Sequence record: SRR31147125_17318
Length of the DNA stretch: 35,915 nt
Strand: one strand, 5' to 3'
Under the pieces are notes generated by a model. It searched no databases, was not told the origin of the DNA, and saw nothing but the letters and a program-made list of their open reading frames with translations. The first letter of the stretch is position 1, and every line of letters begins with the position of its first letter. Positions 28,891 to 35,915 of this stretch are shown here, one piece after another. Position numbers and translations under genes: made by a program.

Positions 28891-30616
28891 GTATTGCCCC
28901 TTTTAATGCTTTAATGGTGTCATCTGGTAATCCGATGTCTTTTAATTGTTTAAATGATGCTTTTTTAATTTCATCAACACTTTTAAAATTTTTTAATATC
29001 AGTGTTTTTCTTTTCGGTCCGATACCTTTTATGCCATCTAAATAAGATTGATGCGCAATCTTATCTCTTGTTGATCGGTGAAATGATATGGCAAACCTGT
29101 GCACTTCTTCTGATAGTTCTAGTAAAAGTTTATATGTTTGACTATTTTTTAATAACGGTATGACTTCATTTTGAAAAACCAATGCTTCTAATTGATGTCT
29201 TTGATTTTTCTTTAAACCAGCAACTGCAATATTTAAACCAAGCGATGTCATGATTTCTTGTGCAGCATTTACTTGTCCCTTACCACCATCAATTAAAATG
29301 AGATCAGGTGATTTTGCTTGTTCAATAAGCATTTTTTGATATCTTCGATATGTCACTTCTCTCATCGCTTGATAATCATCATTGATGGTTGTTTTTAAAT
29401 GATATTTACGATAGCTTTTTTTCTCAAATTTAAGTTGATCAAAAACAATCATCGCACTAATTGGTGCAGTACCAAACAATTGTGCATTATCAAAAACCTC
29501 AATACGTTTAATCTTTTGATTAATCATCGAAGATAAATGTTCAAGTGCTTCTTGCTTTTGTTCATCTTTATGTCGATATAGCATGTGATAATGTTTTAAA
29601 TCATATGTTGCATTTTTTATCGCTAAATCAACCATTTTCTTTTTATCCCCAATTTTAGGAATAACAGCTTTTGTCCCAAAATAGACGCTTGCTTCTTCTT
29701 GACTAAAATGATCACTAAGTAATATTTCATCAATATTTTGCACTTCATAGAACTGCATCAAATAGTTATATATTGCATCCATCGGATTACCAACATATGA
29801 GAAAACAATTTGATGCTGATCAATCATTTTACCTTGTCTAATCATAAGTATTTGGATAGCAACATCTTCACCATCATGTGCAAAACCTACGACATCTCTA
29901 TCTTTATAATCATTTAAATTAATAATTTGTTTTTCAGTAGTTTGTTCAATATGATTAATCATGTCTCTATATTCTGCTGCTTTTTCAAACTGCAAAAAAT
30001 CACTTGCTTTTTGCATTTCAGTTTTTAATAATTGTAGTACTTCTTTTGTGTCACCCTTTAGAAACCTAATCACAGAATCAATATCTTCTTGATAATCGAC
30101 ATCTTCAAATATACATGGTGCACTGCATTGTCCTATATGATAGTACAAGCAAGCTTTTTTAGGTAAAGTATCACATTTTCTAAATGGATAAATACGATTT
30201 AATAATCGAACGGTTTCTCTAGCTGCATAAGCATTAGGATAAGGACCAAATAATCTTCCCTTTGGTTTTTTACGTCTAACAATTTGTAATTTAGGATATT
30301 TTTCTTTTGTCAATTCAATGTATGGGTATGTTTTATCATCCATTAATCTAATATTATATTTAGGACTATATTGCTTAATTAAATTCATTTCTAAAATCAA
30401 AGATTCATGTTCAGTTCTTGTCATAACATAAGAAAAATCCACGATTTCAGAAACAAGTTTCGTGGTTTTTTGATTATGAGCCCCAACAAAGTAACTCTTG
30501 ACTCTATTTTTAAGGTTTTTTGCTTTACCAACATAAATCACAGTATCTTGATCATCTTTCATTAAATAGCAACCAGGATCCGTCGGTAATAACGCAAGTT
30601 TATCTTTTAATTGCAC
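28874..30616 (-). CDS. uvrC: Excinuclease ABC subunit C
   Basis: GIY-YIG (PGCYLM..IYVGKAKNL..RV.SYF), CLYYHI, IDGGKGQ and HhH GIGPKR. GTG 30616 follows GAGGGTGA (ORF track 30625). Confidence 0.98.
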   Translation of the reverse strand: MQLKDKLALLPTDPGCYLMKDDQDTVIYVGKAKNLKNRVKSYFVGAHNQKTTKLVSEIVDFSYVMTRTEHESLILEMNLIKQYSPKYNIRLMDDKTYPYIELTKEKYPKLQIVRRKKPKGRLFGPYPNAYAARETVRLLNRIYPFRKCDTLPKKACLYYHIGQCSAPCIFEDVDYQEDIDSVIRFLKGDTKEVLQLLKTEMQKASDFLQFEKAAEYRDMINHIEQTTEKQIINLNDYKDRDVVGFAHDGEDVAIQILMIRQGKMIDQHQIVFSYVGNPMDAIYNYLMQFYEVQNIDEILLSDHFSQEEASVYFGTKAVIPKIGDKKKMVDLAIKNATYDLKHYHMLYRHKDEQKQEALEHLSSMINQKIKRIEVFDNAQLFGTAPISAMIVFDQLKFEKKSYRKYHLKTTINDDYQAMREVTYRRYQKMLIEQAKSPDLILIDGGKGQVNAAQEIMTSLGLNIAVAGLKKNQRHQLEALVFQNEVIPLLKNSQTYKLLLELSEEVHRFAISFHRSTRDKIAHQSYLDGIKGIGPKRKTLILKNFKSVDEIKKASFKQLKDIGLPDDTIKALKGAIHEENH

Positions 30617-30648
30617 AATATTCACCCTCTATATTGTAACATATGCAT

Positions 30649-30675
30649 AAAAAAAGCGATGACTCGCTTTTTATT
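30649..30675 (-). terminator. Intrinsic terminator after rpoZ
   Basis: AAAAAAGCGA-4nt-TCGCTTTTTT. Confidence 0.75.
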
Positions 30676-30886
30676 ATTCAAACTCTACGTTAACTTTGCC
30701 ATCAATAATTTCTTCTAAAGCAACGCCAATGCTTTTTACACATTTTGCATCTTCTACTTCTAATTTTTCTTCTTCTAAAATTCTTGCAACTTTTGAAGCA
30801 GCATATACTAATTTGTATTTAGAATTTACTTTATCAAGTAATTTATCTATTGAAGGATATCTCATACCATCATTGTTTTTAGACAT
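30674..30886 (-). CDS. rpoZ: RNA polymerase omega subunit
   Basis: YPSIDKLL.KV.SKYKLV..A...AR and ALEEI. Follows gmk. Confidence 0.95.
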   Translation of the reverse strand: MSKNNDGMRYPSIDKLLDKVNSKYKLVYAASKVARILEEEKLEVEDAKCVKSIGVALEEIIDGKVNVEFE

Positions 30887-30889
30887 TTT

Positions 30890-31507
30890 TTATTCTCCTA
30901 TCATCTTTAAATAATTATGAATTGCTCTTTGTGTTCTTGCATGTTCTGCACGAATAATTGCCATAATACGATCAGCTGCATTATTAACTTCATCATTAAC
31001 AACAATATAATCGTATTTATGCGCTAGTTTAAATTCTTTTTCTGCTTTTGCCATACGCTTATTTACTAATTCAATGGCTTCAGTTCCTCTGTTTTTAAGT
31101 CGTTCATATAGTGCATCTTTTCCAGGTGGAACCAAGAATATAAATACTGCATCTTTCATCTGTTCACGAACTTGAAGTGCACCTGCGACTTCAATTTCTA
31201 AAACAACTTCTTTGCCTTTGTCTAGTTGCTCTTCAACTTTATCTAGAGGCGTCCCGTAGTAATGTCCTACAAATTCAGCCCATTCCAAAAACTTGTTTTC
31301 CTTAATGCGTTCTTCAAATTCTTGTCTGCTAACAAAATAATAATCTATTCCGTCAACTTCTCCAGGTCTTGGGGGCCTAGTGGTCATTGAAACAGAATAT
31401 ACAAGATCATGGTTTTCCATTTCGAATAACGCACGTCTAACCGTTCCTTTTCCAACACCAGAAGGGCCTGAAATGACAACTAATAAACCTCGTTCATTTA
31501 GTTTCAT
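30890..31507 (-). CDS. gmk: Guanylate kinase
   Basis: SGPSGVGKGT, TTRPPRPGEVDG.DYYF and YYGT. Confidence 0.98.
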   Translation of the reverse strand: MKLNERGLLVVISGPSGVGKGTVRRALFEMENHDLVYSVSMTTRPPRPGEVDGIDYYFVSRQEFEERIKENKFLEWAEFVGHYYGTPLDKVEEQLDKGKEVVLEIEVAGALQVREQMKDAVFIFLVPPGKDALYERLKNRGTEAIELVNKRMAKAEKEFKLAHKYDYIVVNDEVNNAADRIMAIIRAEHARTQRAIHNYLKMIGE

Positions 31508-31539
31508 ATGTGCCTCCTCTAATCTTCAATTTACCTTAT

Positions 31540-31568
31540 ATTATATACGATAAATCTTATTGTGTAAA
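31540..31568 (-). promoter_or_regulatory. Putative sigma-70 promoter of gmk-rpoZ
   Basis: TTTACA (31568-31563), 17 nt spacer, TATAAT (31545-31540). Confidence 0.65.
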
Positions 31569-31654
31569 CCTTTATCATATATATTGCTGTGAATAACGCT
31601 TACATTAAGCCATTTTTCCATATTCATATGTTACAATATATGTTGAGGTGGCAT

Positions 31655-33232
31655 ATGATTATAGATGGTTTTTTTATTCAACAATTAGTCAAAGAATTTA
31701 ATACGGAAATCAATCATGCGAGATTAGAGAAAATACAACAACTGGGTCCTGCATCTTTTTTGTTCAATTTTTATAGACGTGGTGAAAAAAGACGACTTAT
31801 TATCCATTTATCAGCTAATGATTACCGTGCATATTTTACAGATGAAACATTTACAAACTTCGAAAATTCGCAGTTTCTTGTGGTATTAAAAAAACACCTA
31901 GAAGGTGCAATATTGTCACATGTTTCACAACATCAAGATGACCGCGTTATCATTTTTCATTTTGATGTATCAGATTATATATTTGGTAAGCAACAAATTC
32001 AACTTATCTTTGAAGCGATGGGTAAGCATGCAAACTTACTCGTTGTTAAACAAGATAAAATTATTGAAACCTATAAAAAAATGTTTTTTGAAGAAGGTAG
32101 ACAACTTCTTCCACAAGCTAATTTTGAATTTTTTCCAAGTGATAAACAGCGATTTACACACATTGATTATGGAAGTATAGAAAATCCAACTGATTTGATT
32201 AAATCATATATGGGGATATCAAAAATGCTTGCACAATATTTATATCATCATCAGTGTCAAATCCAACACATTGCATTAAAACCTACTTATAATCACACAA
32301 CCAATAAATTTTATGCAGCCGATATTTTTCAAGATACTGATGACAAACAATATTTTGATACACTATCAGAGATGATGGCATCGTATAAGATAACAAAACC
32401 TATAAGTAAACAAGGCTATGCGCAGTTTATAAAAAAACAACTTAAAAAATATAGAACTAAAGCACTGCATTTAGAACAACAATATGATAAGGCTAATCAA
32501 GATTTAAAGATTAAAGAAAAAGCAGACTACATCTATATGTCTGGTATCAATCTTTCATCTAAAATGCATGAGATTGAAGTATATGATAAAAAAATTACGC
32601 TTGATGAACATTTAACACTTAATGAAAATGCACAAAAACTATATAAAAAGTATCAAAAAGCAAAACGATCAATTGAGCCCATCCAAACACAAATTAGAGA
32701 TAATGAATCACTCATTGATTTATTTGTTGAATTTGAAATGAACTTATCTTTTTCAGATGCTCAAGATTTAAACGATTTAGAAAAAACACTTATACCCTAT
32801 GGTTATATCAGTAAAAAACAAAAGAAAACAACAAAAAAACAACGACAACATCCACACGTCATTGAAATAAAAGATGAAAATGCTATATATTACATCGGAA
32901 AAAATGCCATTCAAAATCAATATATTACGCATGATCTAGCAAATCCACAAGACGATTGGTTTCACGTTAAAGATGCACCTGGTTCTCATGTTTTAGTCAA
33001 GTGTGATCAATTAAATGAGGCAATCATTAGAAAAGCAGCAATGCTTGCTGCTTATCACTCAAAGTTAAGACTTTCTTCAAGTATACCTGTTGATTATACA
33101 AAAGTTAAGCATATAAAGAAAATCCCCCATAAACCTGGTTATCAAGTTATTTACAAAGAAAACAAAACGATATTTATCGATGTTGATGAACAATTAATCA
33201 CATCTTATTTACGATCTTCAAATAAATTATAA
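31655..33232 (+). CDS. rqcH: NFACT family ribosome quality control protein RqcH (FbpA/PavA-like)
   Basis: DRVI, EAMGKHANL, ENAQKLYKKYQKAK, IGKNAIQN, WFHVKDAPGSHV and VDYT. ATG 31655 follows GAGGTG (ORF track 31589). Confidence 0.93.
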   Translation: MIIDGFFIQQLVKEFNTEINHARLEKIQQLGPASFLFNFYRRGEKRRLIIHLSANDYRAYFTDETFTNFENSQFLVVLKKHLEGAILSHVSQHQDDRVIIFHFDVSDYIFGKQQIQLIFEAMGKHANLLVVKQDKIIETYKKMFFEEGRQLLPQANFEFFPSDKQRFTHIDYGSIENPTDLIKSYMGISKMLAQYLYHHQCQIQHIALKPTYNHTTNKFYAADIFQDTDDKQYFDTLSEMMASYKITKPISKQGYAQFIKKQLKKYRTKALHLEQQYDKANQDLKIKEKADYIYMSGINLSSKMHEIEVYDKKITLDEHLTLNENAQKLYKKYQKAKRSIEPIQTQIRDNESLIDLFVEFEMNLSFSDAQDLNDLEKTLIPYGYISKKQKKTTKKQRQHPHVIEIKDENAIYYIGKNAIQNQYITHDLANPQDDWFHVKDAPGSHVLVKCDQLNEAIIRKAAMLAAYHSKLRLSSSIPVDYTKVKHIKKIPHKPGYQVIYKENKTIFIDVDEQLITSYLRSSNKL

Positions 33233-33259
33233 TAGTTTTAAATAGACTGTGCAAAATAT

Positions 33260-33288
33260 TTGAAATTCATACTGCTTTGATGTAAGAT
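33260..33288 (+). promoter_or_regulatory. Putative sigma-70 promoter of sodA
   Basis: TTGAAA (33260-33265), 17 nt spacer, TAAGAT (33283-33288), with an AAAGGAGG RBS downstream. Confidence 0.65.
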
Positions 33289-33326
33289 AAACATGTAGAA
33301 TTAAGATTTCAAAGGAGGAATTTATA

Positions 33327-33935
33327 ATGAAATTTGAATTACCAAAATTAGGTTATGCATATGATGCATTAGAACCATTTATCGACGCAAGAACAATGGA
33401 AATCCATTACACTAAACATCATCAAGGGTATACAAACAAACTAAACGCAGCTTTAGAAAAACACCCTGAGTTAGATACACCACTTGAAACTTTATTAAAA
33501 GATTTATCATTAGTACCTGAAGATATTAGAGGTGCAGTAAGAAATAATGGTGGTGGATTCTTTAACCACAGATTATTCTGGTCAATTTTAAAAGTTAACA
33601 ATGGTGCAACACCAAATGGTGCTTTAGCTAAACAATTAGAAAAAGACTTTGGATCATTTGATGCATTTAAAGAAGCGTTTGGCACTGCTGCTAAAACACG
33701 CTTTGGTAGTGGTTGGGCTTGGTTAATTGTAACACCTGAGCAATCATTAAAAGTTGTTTCAACACCAAATCAAGATACACCACTTGCTGAAGGTACTCCA
33801 ATCTTAGCATTAGATGTTTGGGAACATGCATATTACCTAAACTATCAAAACCGTCGTCCTGATTATGTATCAGCATTCTTCAATGTTGTAAATTGGGATC
33901 AAGTTGCTGCAAACTTCGAAGCTGCAACTAAATAA
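33327..33935 (+). CDS. sodA: Superoxide dismutase, Mn/Fe family (Mn-type signature)
   Basis: [27 protein letters not shown] and DVWEHAYY. Confidence 0.96.
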   Translation: MKFELPKLGYAYDALEPFIDARTMEIHYTKHHQGYTNKLNAALEKHPELDTPLETLLKDLSLVPEDIRGAVRNNGGGFFNHRLFWSILKVNNGATPNGALAKQLEKDFGSFDAFKEAFGTAAKTRFGSGWAWLIVTPEQSLKVVSTPNQDTPLAEGTPILALDVWEHAYYLNYQNRRPDYVSAFFNVVNWDQVAANFEAATK

Positions 33936-33951
33936 AAATAATACTAAAAAT

Positions 33952-33984
33952 AAAAATGGCAAATCAATGATTTGCCATTTTTTT
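33952..33984. terminator. Bidirectional intrinsic terminator (sodA / antiporter)
   Basis: AAAAATGGCAAATC-aat-GATTTGCCATTTTT. Confidence 0.88.
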
Positions 33985-33989
33985 ATGCT

Positions 33990-35300
33990 TTATTTTGTCG
34001 TAATGGATGGTGTTACTTGAGAAACATCAGTTACAATTTGACCATGTCTTGATTCACCGATTTTTTCAATGCGCCATTTAAAGACAATTGGCCCAACAAT
34101 TTCAAAAAATAGAATACCTGCTAAAACAACTGTTTTAATATATAATGCAACACTTGAACCATCAGCCATTGTATGTCCTGCAAAAATTGAACCTACTGCA
34201 ACGAGCATCCCAATTTCAACCCCACCTTGGCTTAAAATACATAATCCAGTGTTATCTCTAACCACTTTATCAGATTTCGCAATAACCGCACCTGCATAAG
34301 ATCCTGCAATTTTACCAATTGATCTAAACAAGATATATAAAATTGCTATAACACCTGCGCTTAATAAAACGTCTAATCGCAATTGTGCACCTGCAAGTGT
34401 AAAGAATATAATGATGAGTGGTCCTGAGAAGTTACTTAATGCAGCACCTTGAATTTCAAACGGTTCTTTTTTAACCATATTTGTAAATACCATACCAATC
34501 ATCATTGGCGTTAGTATCATCGATAAACTCTCAATTTCAAAGAATCCTAAATGAATCCCATGATGTGCAATATATACTGATGTTAACACACTTGATAATG
34601 AGAATACTAAATATGTAATATATCGATCTTTTTTGTGTAATTTATCGATAAATAGTTTTGATAAAAAGCCTAAGGCAAGTCCAAATAAAGACCCAACTAA
34701 TAATGATAAAAATACTTCTAATAATGGTTCAAATAGTGCTGAATGAATCGTTAAATCGCCACCACCGATAGTTGCAGCAGCAATAGAGGTAAATAAACCA
34801 AAGATAATAACCCCAAAAATATCATCAATACCAACAACAGGAATAACTGTATCTGTTACTGGACCTTTTGCTCTCATTTTTTTTACAAGTACCATAATTG
34901 GTGCTGGTGCAGTTGCTGTTGCAATCGCAGCAAGCGTTAATGCTAACCATACACGGTGTTGTGGATCTAATAATAAGATACCACCAAATACGAGCAATGC
35001 TGTAAGCAATGCTTGAACAGCTGTAATAATAATAATTGATTTACCACTTTTTTTAACTTTTGGTAACCATAATTCAGTACCAATTTGATAAGCAATAATA
35101 CCTAACACAAAATTAGTAATTACATCTAAATTTTCAACAGTAGATGCGCCAAGAATTCTTGTCACACTAGGTCCTAATAATACACCTGCTAAAATGTAGC
35201 CAGTTATTGCAGGAATTCTAATTCTTTCTGCCAATTTCCCGAAAACAAATCCAAAAAATAATGTAATTGCTAAGTAAAATAAAAAAACATAAACATCCAT
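33990..35300 (-). CDS. Cation:proton antiporter (CPA/Kef-type, membrane domain only)
   Basis: IP.ITGYILAGVLLGPS, IG.EL, ATATAPA, GIDD, FF.LAG and R.IGK with about 12 TM helices. ATG 35300 follows AAGGAG (ORF track 35309). Confidence 0.9.
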   Translation of the reverse strand: MDVYVFLFYLAITLFFGFVFGKLAERIRIPAITGYILAGVLLGPSVTRILGASTVENLDVITNFVLGIIAYQIGTELWLPKVKKSGKSIIIITAVQALLTALLVFGGILLLDPQHRVWLALTLAAIATATAPAPIMVLVKKMRAKGPVTDTVIPVVGIDDIFGVIIFGLFTSIAAATIGGGDLTIHSALFEPLLEVFLSLLVGSLFGLALGFLSKLFIDKLHKKDRYITYLVFSLSSVLTSVYIAHHGIHLGFFEIESLSMILTPMMIGMVFTNMVKKEPFEIQGAALSNFSGPLIIIFFTLAGAQLRLDVLLSAGVIAILYILFRSIGKIAGSYAGAVIAKSDKVVRDNTGLCILSQGGVEIGMLVAVGSIFAGHTMADGSSVALYIKTVVLAGILFFEIVGPIVFKWRIEKIGESRHGQIVTDVSQVTPSITTK

Positions 35301-35399
35301 TAATGTCACTCCTTATATCGTCTTTAACCTTTTTTATTATACTCTCAATTTAATAAACTTCAAGGAAAATTTTTAAATATATCAATGAATGCCTTTTCA

Positions 35400-35427
35400 T
35401 AAAGAAAAGGAAGCGTTTGCTTCCTTT
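35400..35427 (-). terminator. Intrinsic terminator after hpf
   Basis: AAAGGAAGC-aaac-GCTTCCTTTTCTTT on the minus strand. Confidence 0.8.
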
Positions 35428-35441
35428 AATTAATTAGAATC

Positions 35442-35915
35442 TTATAGAGGTTGTGTCTCAATAATCGCATAGTCGCCATCTTCTCTACGATAGACGACAT
35501 GTGTTTTTTGAGTTTCTTTGTCTAGATAAACATAGAAGTCATGTCCAGACAATTCCATCTCTACAATCGCTTCTTCCGAAGTCAATGGTATCAATTCGAT
35601 TTTTTTATTTTTTACTAATTGTGCTGCAAGAATATCCTTTTCTAATTCTTCAGCATCAAATGATTGACTATAAGCTTGTTTAACCCCTTCTTTTTCAAGA
35701 TGATTTTTTAACTTATCTTTGTATCTTCTTATTTGTGAAATTAATTTATCATTGGCATGATCAATGGCTGCATACATATCAAGATCAACAACTTCAGCTC
35801 TTAGATGCGTACCTTTTGAAATCACATTGACTTCAACCTTATGATGATCTTTATAAACTTTACATACCACTCTTATTTCTTTGACCACATCTGGTCCAAA
35901 GAAATCAATGACTTT
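35442..35915 (-). CDS. hpf: Ribosome hibernation promoting factor, long form (5' end outside the window)
   Basis: LRAE...DMYAAID...KL..QIRRYK.K plus the C-terminal EEA..MEL.GHDFYVY..VVYRR.DG.Y domain. The frame stays open to the window edge. Confidence 0.95.
   Translation of the reverse strand, partial: KVIDFFGPDVVKEIRVVCKVYKDHHKVEVNVISKGTHLRAEVVDLDMYAAIDHANDKLISQIRRYKDKLKNHLEKEGVKQAYSQSFDAEELEKDILAAQLVKNKKIELIPLTSEEAIVEMELSGHDFYVYLDKETQKTHVVYRREDGDYAIIETQPL

Noticed and set aside
30617..30650. LexA/SOS box upstream of uvrC
   Set aside because: No GAAC-N4-GTTC is visible, only an extended -10 (TGtTACAAT).
4084..35683. Short overlapping ORFs in the track (e.g. 4084-4326, 6171-6596, 15678-16037, 21515-21832, 24045-24365, 27618-27953, 35501-35683)
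   Set aside because: They are antisense or off-frame shadows of well-supported genes, with no recognisable motifs.
1..35915. CRISPR arrays, tRNA/rRNA, transposases, prophage or defence genes
   Set aside because: Intergenic gaps are short and explained by promoters, terminators and the riboswitch. No such repeats or motifs were seen.

Overview
AT-rich, gene-dense core chromosome segment. It is most consistent with an Acholeplasmatales-like Mollicute/Bacillota genome (inference: RF2 present, TGA used as stop, short IF2, Bacillus-like gene neighbourhoods lacking the cell-wall genes). Minus-strand blocks are hpf, a cation:proton antiporter, gmk-rpoZ, uvrC-DEDDh exonuclease, a Cof HAD, trehalose synthase/phosphatase, rimP-nusA-ylxR-ylxQ-infB-rbfA, priA-fmt-pgpA-membrane HD-GYP-like, SAM-I riboswitch-metK-DUF3137-lemA and secA-prfB-yitT-S41 protease-recX. 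Plus-strand genes are a Zn ABC/Zur operon, coaD, RNase J, rqcH and sodA. I saw no mobile element, CRISPR array, tRNA or rRNA, and no unambiguous novel multi-gene system. Four genes (priA, ylxR, TPS/TPP, exonuclease) are each broken by one missing base at an A-run, most likely an assembly artefact. The best candidates for new biology are: a membrane protein with an apparently inactive HD-GYP domain, a possible OB-fold+DEDDh nuclease coupled to uvrC, a fused trehalose synthase/phosphatase alongside very acidic surface proteins, a variant SAM-I riboswitch, a putative Zur operator motif that recurs at sodA, and a peptidoglycan-binding protease at a locus that lacks ftsEX. All family calls come from motif recognition, not database searches.
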